From the NCBI GenBank assembly GCA_963666285.1, contig OY762711.1: DNA of 64,000 bases. The stretch is one strand, 5' to 3'. A program made the position numbers and the translations under genes. The notes below the pieces were generated by a model. It ran no database searches. It had not been told where the DNA came from and saw only the letters and a list, made by a program, of their open reading frames with translations. The stretch comes from Sedimentisphaerales bacterium. Its GTDB lineage: Bacteria; Planctomycetota; Phycisphaerae; Sedimentisphaerales; SM23-30. This document shows, one piece after another, positions 39,762 through 49,990 of this stretch (its first letter is position 1; each line of letters starts with the position of its first letter).

Positions 39762-40427
39762 ATGGATTATTTAGATAAGTTTGAAATTTCAGGCAGAGCC
39801 AATATCACTATATACAATATGGATTGTATGGCTTATTTGCGGGAATGCCAGGATAAACAATTCGACCTTGCCATTGTTGACCCACCTTATAATCTGCAAT
39901 GTTTTACAAAGCCACGTAGCCCAAAAGATACCAGATTTAAGTCTATAGGTAATAAGCTGCAATGGAATAACAATAAACCTGATGAAAGCTACTTTCAAAA
40001 GCTTTTTAATGCCAGTGCAAATCAAATTATATGGGGTGCAAATAATTTCGAGTTACCAATAACAGAATACTTCTGTGTTTGGGATAAAGAACAGACGGTC
40101 GATAATTTTTCTTCTGCCGAGTATGCCTGGGTAAGTTTAGGTCTAAAGATGCCTGCAAAGGTGTTTAGATACAGCATTCATAAAAACAATAGAAATAAGT
40201 GTAAGTTTCATCCCACACAAAAGCCGGTTGATTTATATAAATGGCTTCTGGACAAATACGCAAAAGACGGTCAGTTGATATTAGATACCCATCTTGGTAG
40301 TGGTTCAATAGCTATTGCATGTTGGGATTTAGGCTTTGACTTAGTGGCTTGTGAACTTGATACGGATTATTTTCATGCTGCTTGTGAACGATTGAGCAAT
40401 CACACAAAACAAGGGCAGCTATTTTAA
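39762..40427 (+). CDS. Beta-class N6-adenine/N4-cytosine DNA methyltransferase
   Basis: DPPY, HPTQKP, LDTHLGSGS. Confidence 0.92.
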   Translation: MDYLDKFEISGRANITIYNMDCMAYLRECQDKQFDLAIVDPPYNLQCFTKPRSPKDTRFKSIGNKLQWNNNKPDESYFQKLFNASANQIIWGANNFELPITEYFCVWDKEQTVDNFSSAEYAWVSLGLKMPAKVFRYSIHKNNRNKCKFHPTQKPVDLYKWLLDKYAKDGQLILDTHLGSGSIAIACWDLGFDLVACELDTDYFHAACERLSNHTKQGQLF

Positions 40428-40436
40428 GGAGTAAAG

Positions 40437-40793
40437 ATGAAAAGACTAATATATTTGGCCTCTCCGTATTCGCATGAATCGGAAGCTATTAAAGAAAAGC
40501 GTTTTGAACTGGTTTGTGAATATGCAGCGGGGTTAATGAAACAGGGATTGTTTGTGTATAGCCCTATAGCACATACTCACCCGATATCCCGCTATGGCTT
40601 GCCAGGTGATTGGGATTTCTGGGAAAGTTATGATACTTTGATGATAAGTAAATGTGATGAGATAAAAGTGCTGCAAATCCCCGGTTGGCAAGAGTCAAAA
40701 GGTGTACAAGCAGAAATACAACTTGCTAAAGAACTGAATAAGTCAATTAGTTACATACCTATTAATAACGCAGAAAAATACAACTATGAATAA
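40437..40793 (+). CDS. DUF1937-family protein (deoxyribosyltransferase-like fold)
   Basis: IYLASPYSH, SPIAHTH, GWQESKGV..EI..A. Confidence 0.8.
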   Translation: MKRLIYLASPYSHESEAIKEKRFELVCEYAAGLMKQGLFVYSPIAHTHPISRYGLPGDWDFWESYDTLMISKCDEIKVLQIPGWQESKGVQAEIQLAKELNKSISYIPINNAEKYNYE

Positions 40794-41556
40794 CATAATC
40801 TCGTTGAGTGGCGGCAAAGATTCAACTGCAATGCTGCTGCACATGGTAGAGCTTAATGAGCAGATTGACGAAGTAGTATTTTTTGATACAGGTTGGGAAT
40901 TTCCCCCAATGTTGAAGCATATCGACCAGTTAGAAATAGTAACCGGCCTAAATATAACCAGGTTAAAACCTGATAGGCCATTTAACTATTGGCTATTGGA
41001 TCGGCCTGTAAAAGCACGCAAAGGCCCATTAGTCGGACAGGTGCATCGGATAGGCAATGGCTGGCCTTCGCCGCTACGTCGTTGGTGTACCCGCATAAAA
41101 GTAAATACTATAGAACGGTATGTTAAAGCCAATTATGACATTAAAAAGGTTATTATGAATGTTGGCTTTGCTGCTGATGAATCACACAGGCAAACTCCTA
41201 CAATGGAATCAAAGGCATATTCATATCGATACCCGCTAATTGAATGGGGTTGGAATGAAAATAAATGTCTTACCTATTGTAAAAGCAATGGTTTTAACTG
41301 GTCTGGCTTATACGATGTATTTTACCGGGTTTCCTGTTACTGCTGTCCACTGCAAAGATTAAGCGAATTAAGAAAGTTGCGTAAATACTGCCCTGATTTA
41401 TGGGCTGATATGTTGCGTAAGGATAAGTTAATAAATAACAATATCGGATTTCATGGCTATTCGACTGTATGTGACCTGGAAAAAAGGTTTGCCGCTGAAG
41501 ACTGTCAATTGGAATTTGATTTTATGCCGGAATGTACAGAAACGGAGTTAATATGA
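40786..41556 (+). CDS. PAPS-reductase-family (PP-loop) phage protein
   Basis: SGGKDS, DTGWEFP, RWCT..K, RVSCYCCP. Confidence 0.85.
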   Translation: MNNIISLSGGKDSTAMLLHMVELNEQIDEVVFFDTGWEFPPMLKHIDQLEIVTGLNITRLKPDRPFNYWLLDRPVKARKGPLVGQVHRIGNGWPSPLRRWCTRIKVNTIERYVKANYDIKKVIMNVGFAADESHRQTPTMESKAYSYRYPLIEWGWNENKCLTYCKSNGFNWSGLYDVFYRVSCYCCPLQRLSELRKLRKYCPDLWADMLRKDKLINNNIGFHGYSTVCDLEKRFAAEDCQLEFDFMPECTETELI

Positions 41557-41909
41557 TAGAACGAAAAATACATCCTGTATATCAGTTGCCAATTTCCCAG
41601 ACTGCATATTTAGCGGAAATGATAGGCACAGAGCCAATATCAAAAAATGAACTATACCTGGAAATGTTAAAGGTTTGGGATGGTATGCCGAAAAACCACT
41701 TTAATATATTACTTTCCAGGGTGATAAAGACGCTTAATGCAAAGGTAGTTAAGAATAATGTTTCTATAACATCAGAACAATTACAAGTTCTGAAAGAAGC
41801 TTATGCAATACAGCGTTTGCGTGTGATTGGCTTAATAAGGGTTGGCAAAACCGGCTATGTATCACTTACTACAATTGCGGAAATTTACAACAAACCTTAC
41901 AACAAATGA
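41553..41909 (+). CDS. Hypothetical phage protein
   Basis: GGAG RBS, ATGA overlap. Confidence 0.6.
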   Translation: MIERKIHPVYQLPISQTAYLAEMIGTEPISKNELYLEMLKVWDGMPKNHFNILLSRVIKTLNAKVVKNNVSITSEQLQVLKEAYAIQRLRVIGLIRVGKTGYVSLTTIAEIYNKPYNK

Positions 41910-41984
41910 CGGCCTTTTGTCTATTAAACTCCTGTATGTGTGTTATGATTCATATATAGCAAAGACGCATACAGGAGTATTTTT

Positions 41985-42233
41985 ATGAGCGAAAAAAAAG
42001 AGAAATTGCAGGCAGAACTTACCCAATGGCAAAATCCGGCTACAGCTGATGACCTGATAGATGGGATAGTAAGCAAATTACAGTTACATGTTGATAATAT
42101 TAGTGTCTGGCCTACTGTACAGGCTAATTGTGCTTTGCAGATTGAGGCAATCAATAATGATAGACAGGCATATATTGACAGTAAAATATCATACCTGCAA
42201 GGGGTAATAGAAAGTATAGAAGATGATAGCTGA
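41985..42233 (+). CDS. Small acidic helical protein
   Basis: AGGAG RBS, located inside a hairpin. Confidence 0.6.
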   Translation: MSEKKEKLQAELTQWQNPATADDLIDGIVSKLQLHVDNISVWPTVQANCALQIEAINNDRQAYIDSKISYLQGVIESIEDDS

Positions 42234-42534
42234 AAGTGATATTCAGGCATTTATTGATAGTCTTGTTAAAAAGTATAATCCAATTAAGGTTTTACTATTT
42301 GGTTCTTATGCTAAAGGAGAGGCAACGGATTTGTCAGATGTGGACATACTGGTAGAAATAGAAACATACATACCAAGTATAGTATTAGCAAAACACATGT
42401 TAGATGATTTGCAACCTGCCTTTTCTGTTGACTTGAGAGTTTATCGGCCTGATGAGATTAAAGAGCGACTATTAGTTAGAGACGAATTTTTGATACAGGT
42501 ATTTTCTGAAGGATTAGTAAAGTATGGCATTTAA
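42223..42534 (+). CDS. Minimal nucleotidyltransferase (MNT)
   Basis: LFGSYAKGEA...SDVDILV...VDL. Confidence 0.85.
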   Translation: MIAESDIQAFIDSLVKKYNPIKVLLFGSYAKGEATDLSDVDILVEIETYIPSIVLAKHMLDDLQPAFSVDLRVYRPDEIKERLLVRDEFLIQVFSEGLVKYGI

Positions 42535-43417
42535 TACTAGAGATGGTTATATACAGATAGCTAATTTTGCAACACTTCAGGCTTATAGGGATTATTACGA
42601 TAGTCTTTCAAACCCTATATTAAGCGTGCAGGCTTATGGTGCAGAGTTGCAAGCAGATATCCTTTATAATGACCCATATAGCCGTAGTTATAGTGAGACA
42701 TACTGGTCAGGGTTTACATGCTATCAACATGATTTTTTCGGTAATGGCTATGTGATTGATAAATTTAAGGCTAATAGTTCGGAAAATGGTTTTATAAGAG
42801 AGCTTTCAGGAAGAGCGTTAATAAAGGAAATAGGCTTTACTGATGCTTACTGTACAGATTTGAGTTATGGAGCAGGTTGTCTAATTGGCAGGATAGCAGC
42901 TGATGATTACGGCGAAATAACAATAGCTCGCTGTTTTGTTGATGGTTACAGTGAAACACCTTACGGCTATGAAGTTGGTTGTTTAATCGGCTTTGCGGAG
43001 TTGTCTATTGTCCAGGACTGTTATAGCACAATGATTGCAGAGAATGGTAAACCAGGTGTTATAGGTTATAGTCAATTTACAGTAAGGCGTTGTGTATTAA
43101 ATGCACATGTTTACAGCAATTCTCAATTTGACCCATTTATGGAATATTACGAACCTGGGGCTGATGGATATACTTCTGATAATTATTATAACTCAGATTT
43201 AGTAACCTTAGATAGCAGCCAGGTCGCTACAGGATTAACAACAGAAGAATTTACTAATAAAGATAACTTCACTAACTTTGATTTTGTGAATACATGGTAT
43301 ATGGATGTACTTTCCGGTATGCCAAAATTAAGAGCATTCCAGAAGAACAAAGTTAAATCATTTCGTAACAGATTTAATTCAAAGATGATGAGAAAGGAAA
43401 AACGCTATTATGAATAG
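42524..43417 (+). CDS. GLUG-like repeat protein (possible virion protein)
   Basis: FFGNGYVI; GCLIG twice; GLTTEEF....FTNFDF...W, resembling the host GLUG module. Confidence 0.55.
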   Translation: MAFNTRDGYIQIANFATLQAYRDYYDSLSNPILSVQAYGAELQADILYNDPYSRSYSETYWSGFTCYQHDFFGNGYVIDKFKANSSENGFIRELSGRALIKEIGFTDAYCTDLSYGAGCLIGRIAADDYGEITIARCFVDGYSETPYGYEVGCLIGFAELSIVQDCYSTMIAENGKPGVIGYSQFTVRRCVLNAHVYSNSQFDPFMEYYEPGADGYTSDNYYNSDLVTLDSSQVATGLTTEEFTNKDNFTNFDFVNTWYMDVLSGMPKLRAFQKNKVKSFRNRFNSKMMRKEKRYYE

Positions 43418-43928
43418 TCTAAATGGCGATGTGAAATCCAAATGGCAGACACTAAGGTCAATAAGTGCTATTGACAGCGTAAGGATAGCGGATACAGCCT
43501 TGTTATTAGATAAAAGGCCGGACGGTACATATTCACTTGATAGTAACCTGGAATCGGTAATTAAGCTTTGCGGCTATGCTACTGGTGTATCGGCAAATAG
43601 TACCTTTACTGTTAAGTTATGGGGATTCCGTAATGATTCTACCTTAGCCGAATATATAGCAACAGTATCATTAACGGTCGGTACTTCTGCTATTACTACA
43701 GACCCGGTTACAGGAGATAAGGTAACAGGCTTGTTAATAGATACATGTACTATAGCTAATGATAACTGGTCTTTACCAGATACACCACTGATTATAGAAG
43801 GTGCAGACTCGGCCCATAATAGGCTTGGTTGTGTTCACCTGGACTTAGTTGGCTTACATTATCTATATGCGGAAAGAACAGCAGGAGCCGGAAGCTTAGT
43901 ATTATTCTATAGCTATCTGAATGACTAA
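43410..43928 (+). CDS. Hypothetical beta-rich protein
   Basis: Overlaps both neighbours. Confidence 0.6.
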   Translation: MNSLNGDVKSKWQTLRSISAIDSVRIADTALLLDKRPDGTYSLDSNLESVIKLCGYATGVSANSTFTVKLWGFRNDSTLAEYIATVSLTVGTSAITTDPVTGDKVTGLLIDTCTIANDNWSLPDTPLIIEGADSAHNRLGCVHLDLVGLHYLYAERTAGAGSLVLFYSYLND

Positions 43929-44224
43929 TGCCAATAGCACCAGTACCACACAGCAGGAAGAGAAAGCCCAAGAAAGATACAAGACCGTCGGCAGCGAAGC
44001 GGGGATATGATAGAAGGTGGAGAAAAGCAAGGCTTCTATTCTTAAAGCAAAACCCCTTATGCGTATTCTGTAAGGCCAAAGGTATTACAACAGCGGCTAA
44101 TGTAGTTGACCATATAAAGCCGCATAAAGGCGATATGACGTTGTTCTGGGATAAAGACAATTGGCAAGCCTTGTGTACACAGTGCCATAACAGCACAAAG
44201 AAGCGGATAGAAAACCGGGGATAG
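43928..44224 (+). CDS. Terminase-associated HNH endonuclease
   Basis: RGYDRRWRKAR..FL..NPLCVFC..VDHIKPH.GD..LFWD..NWQALC..CH. Confidence 0.95.
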   Translation: MPIAPVPHSRKRKPKKDTRPSAAKRGYDRRWRKARLLFLKQNPLCVFCKAKGITTAANVVDHIKPHKGDMTLFWDKDNWQALCTQCHNSTKKRIENRG

Positions 44225-44300
44225 GCGGTAAAAATCTCTACAGGGTAAAAGTAGCAAGACCAAACGCCCCCAGTTGATTATTTTTTCACGAGATAGAGGA
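44217..44300. other. Probable cos/packaging region
   Basis: Position between HNH and terS, G-rich start then AAATCTCT; inferred from HK97-like gene order. Confidence 0.4.
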
Positions 44301-44308
44301 TTTTTATT

Positions 44309-44722
44309 ATGCCAGGCCCACCGAAAACACCAACGGCTATTTTAGAGAAGCGTAATAGCTGGCGTGCTAAAGTGCGTCATAACGAGCCTGAAACTATCGG
44401 CCTGCCAGAGCCGCCGGAATGGTTAGACGGTGATGCTCTGGCCCATTGGGATAGATGTGTACAGAGACTTGTAAACATGAATATAGCGGGTGAGGCTGAC
44501 GCTGATAAGCTGGCTATATATTGTGTTACTTATATCAAGTTTCGGGATGTTTGCCGTAATAACGATGACCCTAAGCAGCTTGATAAGATGGTAAAGGCTG
44601 CACAGTTGATAGACAGGCTTGGTTCACAGTTCGGGTTCAGCCCATCGGCAAGGGCTAATATGGCTATTGAAATGCCTAAAAAGGACGTAGAGAAAAAGAA
44701 ATTCTTTAGAGATCGTGAGTAA
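44309..44722 (+). CDS. Terminase small subunit (P27 type)
   Basis: GPPKTPT, PPEWL...A..HW, FGFSPSARA. Confidence 0.9.
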   Translation: MPGPPKTPTAILEKRNSWRAKVRHNEPETIGLPEPPEWLDGDALAHWDRCVQRLVNMNIAGEADADKLAIYCVTYIKFRDVCRNNDDPKQLDKMVKAAQLIDRLGSQFGFSPSARANMAIEMPKKDVEKKKFFRDRE

Positions 44723-46332
44723 TGGACTACCCCGATTATTTACAACTTATACCGGATTATGACCCGGTTGCAACAGCCGAGGACTGTACTTTTGACGCTG
44801 AAATTGCGCAGCTTGCTATTGATTTCTTTGCTGAAGAGTTGTGTTTAATCGAGGGTGTACCGGGTTATCCTGCCTTTATCCTTGAGGCATGGCAAAAGGC
44901 TATTATCGCTAATCTGTTCGGCTGGCTGCGTCCTGATGGCACTAGGCGTTATACCGAAGCGTTTTTAATGATACCACGTAAGAACGGTAAAACCCCGCTT
45001 ATGGCAGGTGTGATTAACCATATAGCCTATAATGAGGATGAGCCAGGCGGTCAGATATATTCCAGTGCCGGGGAAAAGAACCAGGCCGCTTTGATATTCC
45101 GTCATGTAGCGGGCATGATTCAGCGTAATCCAGAGCTTGACAAGCGGGCCAAGATATACAAGACCTATAAAAGTGCCGAATTTTACGGCGGTGACTGTAT
45201 CTATAATGCTCTTTCTGCTGACGCTAATACCAAGCATGGTCAGAACGCCCATTTGATTATCAATGATGAGCTGCATGTACATAAAACAAGGGATTTGATT
45301 GATACCCTGGAAACGTCCACCGCTTCACGAAAGCAGCCTTTAGTAATTCATATTACTACTGCCGGATATGACAAGGAAACAATCTGTTATGAAAAATATG
45401 ATTATGCCTGTAAGGTTCGTGACGGTGTTATAAATGACAGTTCATTCCTGCCTGTTATCTATGAAATCAAGCAGGCTGATTATGACCGCTGGGATGATCC
45501 GGCTGTATGGGAATATTGCAACCCGAATTTAGGTATATCGGTTAATCGTGACTATCTGGAAAAGCAGTGTCAGAAAGCAAAGGCAATCCCGGCAAAAGAA
45601 AACACCTTCAGGCGTTTACACCTGAACCAGTGGACAGAGCAGGAATGCCGCTGGTTAAGTGTTAAGGCGTGGCAGGATTGCAATGTCGAACTTAGAAATG
45701 ATAACGGTATTATCTGGATCGGCGGGCTTGACCTATCAACTACAACAGATTTAACGGCCTTTACTGCTTTGGGTTTTGATTCGCTTGGTAATCTGCACTG
45801 GCATAGCTGGCCTTTTATCCCGAAAGATAATGCAACCAAGCGGGAACATCAAGACGGCGTTCCTTATCTGACCTGGGCGCGGCAAGGTAAAATCACTCTT
45901 ACAGATGGTAATGTAGTTGATTATAACGTGATTCAGGATCATATATTGAAAATGCACCAGATATATAACTTTGCTGAAATAGCTTATGACCCATATAACG
46001 CTACTCAGATGATATTAAACTTACAGGATAAAGGCATAGAATGTACGCCTTATGGTCAGGGTATAAAGAATATATCCCCGCCTTGTAAAGCTTTAGAGGC
46101 TTTGTTACTGGCTGGCAAAATCGCCCATGATGACCATCCTGTATTAAACTGGTGCGTTTCTAATGTAACGGTCAAACAGGATGAAAACGAAAATATCAAG
46201 CCTGTCAAGCCTAAGAACTTTAAGCGTATCGATATTATTGTTGCCGGTCTAATGGCTTTAGGCCGGTTAATTACAGAGAACCACGAAACCCAAGAATCAA
46301 TTTATGAGGAAAGAGACCCTTTTACATTCTAA
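44722..46332 (+). CDS. Terminase large subunit
   Basis: LEAWQ, PRKNGKT, DELH, ITTAG, GLDLS...DLTA, RID. Confidence 0.96.
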   Translation: MDYPDYLQLIPDYDPVATAEDCTFDAEIAQLAIDFFAEELCLIEGVPGYPAFILEAWQKAIIANLFGWLRPDGTRRYTEAFLMIPRKNGKTPLMAGVINHIAYNEDEPGGQIYSSAGEKNQAALIFRHVAGMIQRNPELDKRAKIYKTYKSAEFYGGDCIYNALSADANTKHGQNAHLIINDELHVHKTRDLIDTLETSTASRKQPLVIHITTAGYDKETICYEKYDYACKVRDGVINDSSFLPVIYEIKQADYDRWDDPAVWEYCNPNLGISVNRDYLEKQCQKAKAIPAKENTFRRLHLNQWTEQECRWLSVKAWQDCNVELRNDNGIIWIGGLDLSTTTDLTAFTALGFDSLGNLHWHSWPFIPKDNATKREHQDGVPYLTWARQGKITLTDGNVVDYNVIQDHILKMHQIYNFAEIAYDPYNATQMILNLQDKGIECTPYGQGIKNISPPCKALEALLLAGKIAHDDHPVLNWCVSNVTVKQDENENIKPVKPKNFKRIDIIVAGLMALGRLITENHETQESIYEERDPFTF

Positions 46333-49300
46333 TGTTACCGGAAATTATAAAAAAGAATAAAGACGAGGTATTAGATGAGCTTGTTAGTGTTATTATGGTT
46401 GCACGTAATGAAAAGCTGCTTGGTAAAACCTTAAATAATATGCAGCAGATGTCAGAAGGCCCGATAGAGTTCATTGTTTTACTTGATGGCCCAAATGATG
46501 AGCCGATTGATATAGCAGGTGCAAAGACTACTATTATCACCCTGAAAGATAATATAGGCAGAAGGCCCGCAACTGACAAGGCTGTTTCTTATGCTAAGGG
46601 TAAGTATGTATTTCATATAGATTCACACTGTAAAACCGATGTTTTCGGTTGGGATACTATATATAAGCAGCTATGTATTGATAAGCGTACTATGGTAATT
46701 CCAGACCTTGACGCTTTGTTAGTAGATAAATACAAAAGCAAAGGCCGTCGAGCTGGTCATAAATATATTGATGTTCGCTATAAAGATCAATGGAGCGGCG
46801 TTAAGACCCAGGGCCGTAATGAATATACCATTACTGGTAACGGTATGGGCTGGTTTCTGGAAAAGCAGTTTTATGATGCTTTTAATGGCTGCTGTAAAAA
46901 ACAGCCTGCCCGGTGGGGTAATTTCGGGGTTGAATGGGCCTCTAAAGTCTGGCTTTCTGATCCATACGGCGAGGGTATCGGCGGTAAGGTTATATTGTGC
47001 GGTGAAGTGCCGTTTGCTCACATGTGGAAAACAGGCGGCACAGGCTATAATACACCGGGGGTATCTAAAGGCAGGCAGGATTTATTCAAGTGGTTTAATG
47101 GTACAGGTGAGAATCAGTGCCGGGAATTTAGCTTTTTTGAAACTGAGCTTAAACACTTACTGCCTAAAAGGGTTAAGCATGAACATAAACGGCCTTTAAC
47201 TGTCTCATTACCGCCTGTCGCTGTTGTCAATTGTGACAAGCCCGCTGTAACGGCGATAATGAATACAAACGGTCTTTACCCACATTTAGACGCTGAGGCC
47301 ATAGAAAGCTTTTTACGGCAGGATTACGAAAATAAGCAGCTTATTATAGTTGCAACAAATCCAACATACAAGCTTGATAAGAGCTATGAAAATATTACAG
47401 TAATCAACCATGAACCGTTTAACCGTTTCCCGCAGCAGATAGCCTATGCCTTAAAGCAGGTTAAAACGCCGCTATGGTGCATTATGGATTCAGATGATGT
47501 ATTTAGTTCTGACCATATAAGCAGACTTGTAAAGCTATATCACAGGGCTAAAAGTGACGGTCTGGAAAGTCCCGGCTATGTGGTAAATGATACAGCCTGG
47601 GAACAGGTAAAAAATAACTGGCCTAAACGCCGGGAGCGTGGCTGGTGGTGTTGCCTGTATGAAAAGGTTGATAGTACCTTTATTGATGAGGTATTCAATG
47701 ACTTTCTAGCTAGTAAACAGAAAGATACCGGCAGCGACTTACATTTCATTAAAAATCAGGAATGGAACTGGATTAAATACCATAATGAAAAAGCGACCGT
47801 ATTGCACCGGCTCGGCGTAGGCTTCCATATCAGGAATGAACATAGTAAGCCAGGCTATTACAGAAATTCAATAGAAAAGGTCAAAAATAACATATTAGAG
47901 CCAATTATACCCGGTTGGCAGAAAGATTATAATGATATGATAGATAACTTTAACAATCCCGCTATTACCTGCATTATGAATACATTTCAAAGGGATAGAG
48001 CAACACTTGAAATAGCTGTAAATTCCTTTTTGAATAATGACTATGAAAATAAAAAGCTTCTTATTGTCAACAGCAATCCTAAACCGCTATGGATTAATGG
48101 CTATCACCCATGTATTGAAGTTGTAAATATTGCACCTTCTGACCATATAACCGAGTTTAAGCAAGCCTTAAATTATGTTAAAACATCGCATGTATCAATC
48201 CTTGACGATGATGACCGGGTAAGTATTAACCACGTTGGACAGATAGCAGAAGCTCTAAAAGCCAATAAGTTCAAGAATATTATCAATCTGAACTTTGAGG
48301 AAATGGATTGCAGTAATATCAAGCCTGGAAATATGTCCGGGCCGGTAAAGCAGCTTAAAAAACTTATGTGGTGGAATGGTGTCTATCGTACTGATGATAT
48401 GCGTAAAGTTGATATCGGTACAGACCTGCAAGGCTTTGATAAACGTATTATGGCAGCTTTAGCACCGCTTGAACTTGACTTGCCTGTTACTTATACATGG
48501 TGTCGCAACCATGTAATACATGAAAGCAAGTCCGGCAGAAACGCCCATAAAAACAAACTGGATCGGATTGCAAGAGCCAGAGCCGAGGCAAGCCCGCAGC
48601 CTATTACATTGGATTATACATTAAGTGAATACCCCGAAGTTACTGTAGTTTGCTGCACGTATGGCGCACATAAACACCGTACCGAAGAAATGTTAGAATC
48701 ATTTTTACGGCAGAGCTATCCAAAGGCAAGGCTTTTATTGCTTAATACCCATAAAGACCCTATTGTATTTCAGCAGCGGTATAGCAATATAGATGTTGTG
48801 GAAATGCCGGGCCATAACTTCGATACCCTTGCCAAAAAGCATGAACACGCTATCAGTCTGGTTAAAACACCTTATTGGATGATTTGTGATGATGACGATA
48901 TTATGCTGAAAAATCACATATTAACCTTAATGCAGGTCAATTACTGGAATAAGCGAGGGTATCATAAACCATCAAATAAACGGCCTTTGCAATCTTCACA
49001 TGAACGCAAGATTGTAATGTGTAATAATGATTATGCCTTTATCAAGAATGGTTCGGGCTGGACTTGTGCAGCATTTGAGACAGTGAGCCGGGATAAGCTG
49101 GCAGCCAAGTTTAGCAAACCTGTAAAGGGTTTGCCTGATAACTGTTACGATGGCCGGGTTCGTTTAAGTTCATGGCATGAGCAGCGTATCAGTTACCCAT
49201 TTTTACCGGGCTATGTCTGGCGTGGCGGTGGTAATGGATTTCACTTATCTATGACCGGAAAAAACAAGCAGTTAGCCGATTATGCCTATGAAAATGCCGA

Positions 49301-49907
49301 GCAGCGGGCAAACCTTATTAATAATGGTACTTGGCATCCGCATTTTGAAAAAGACTATAATAGCGAATTTGCGGCGTTTCTGTACAAGGCAGAAGAAAAG
49401 CGGCTGCATGGCAAAAATGCTTTTTATGTTCATTTGGATGATAAAGGTGCTATGCGTACAAAGGAATTTAACTTTGTTGTTGATTTCCTGAAGCAGCATA
49501 ATATCAGCAAAATAGTAGAGTTTGGCTGTGGTGCTTCTACTCTTTCCTTTGCTTCACTTGGCTTTGATATTACCAGCTATGAAACAAGTCAGTATTGGCA
49601 TGATAAAATTAGGCTGCTATTAGACCGGGATTGTATCAAGTTATATGATGGTGCAGCCATTAATTTGCCTGTACATGACTTTATTATCATTGATGGCCCA
49701 GACCCACCGGAAACAAGGGAAGAATCATTTATCGCTGCTGTTAACTCAAAGAGTAAATACATTGCCTGTCATGATATATTCAGAAAGCAGGAGCAGGATT
49801 TAATCAGTAAATACCTGATTGGCACAGGTTACAGGGAAATAGCCAGGCTTGAACCAAGTAAAAAACATAAACTGCATGGAGTAGCTATATATGGTCTTGG
49901 CAATTGA
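46332..49907 (+). CDS. Five-domain glycosylation enzyme: ppGalNAc-T-like GT-A + three GT2 domains + class I SAM methyltransferase
   Basis: IDSHC/WG...E...KVW..GG/AHMW; three P.(V/I)T...ESFL.QDY...VKT...DxDD-type units; VEFGCGAST...IIDGP...HD. Confidence 0.8.
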   Translation: MLPEIIKKNKDEVLDELVSVIMVARNEKLLGKTLNNMQQMSEGPIEFIVLLDGPNDEPIDIAGAKTTIITLKDNIGRRPATDKAVSYAKGKYVFHIDSHCKTDVFGWDTIYKQLCIDKRTMVIPDLDALLVDKYKSKGRRAGHKYIDVRYKDQWSGVKTQGRNEYTITGNGMGWFLEKQFYDAFNGCCKKQPARWGNFGVEWASKVWLSDPYGEGIGGKVILCGEVPFAHMWKTGGTGYNTPGVSKGRQDLFKWFNGTGENQCREFSFFETELKHLLPKRVKHEHKRPLTVSLPPVAVVNCDKPAVTAIMNTNGLYPHLDAEAIESFLRQDYENKQLIIVATNPTYKLDKSYENITVINHEPFNRFPQQIAYALKQVKTPLWCIMDSDDVFSSDHISRLVKLYHRAKSDGLESPGYVVNDTAWEQVKNNWPKRRERGWWCCLYEKVDSTFIDEVFNDFLASKQKDTGSDLHFIKNQEWNWIKYHNEKATVLHRLGVGFHIRNEHSKPGYYRNSIEKVKNNILEPIIPGWQKDYNDMIDNFNNPAITCIMNTFQRDRATLEIAVNSFLNNDYENKKLLIVNSNPKPLWINGYHPCIEVVNIAPSDHITEFKQALNYVKTSHVSILDDDDRVSINHVGQIAEALKANKFKNIINLNFEEMDCSNIKPGNMSGPVKQLKKLMWWNGVYRTDDMRKVDIGTDLQGFDKRIMAALAPLELDLPVTYTWCRNHVIHESKSGRNAHKNKLDRIARARAEASPQPITLDYTLSEYPEVTVVCCTYGAHKHRTEEMLESFLRQSYPKARLLLLNTHKDPIVFQQRYSNIDVVEMPGHNFDTLAKKHEHAISLVKTPYWMICDDDDIMLKNHILTLMQVNYWNKRGYHKPSNKRPLQSSHERKIVMCNNDYAFIKNGSGWTCAAFETVSRDKLAAKFSKPVKGLPDNCYDGRVRLSSWHEQRISYPFLPGYVWRGGGNGFHLSMTGKNKQLADYAYENAEQRANLINNGTWHPHFEKDYNSEFAAFLYKAEEKRLHGKNAFYVHLDDKGAMRTKEFNFVVDFLKQHNISKIVEFGCGASTLSFASLGFDITSYETSQYWHDKIRLLLDRDCIKLYDGAAINLPVHDFIIIDGPDPPETREESFIAAVNSKSKYIACHDIFRKQEQDLISKYLIGTGYREIARLEPSKKHKLHGVAIYGLGN

Positions 49908-49990
49908 TATTTGTCTATTGGGCGTGATATATAGGGTTTCAATATTGTTATTTTATCAAGCGATTAAATGTTTAAATACACGAGGTGTAT

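Noticed and set aside
42223..42534. Canonical HEPN-MNT toxin-antitoxin pair
   Set aside because: No adjacent HEPN-like gene is recognisable.
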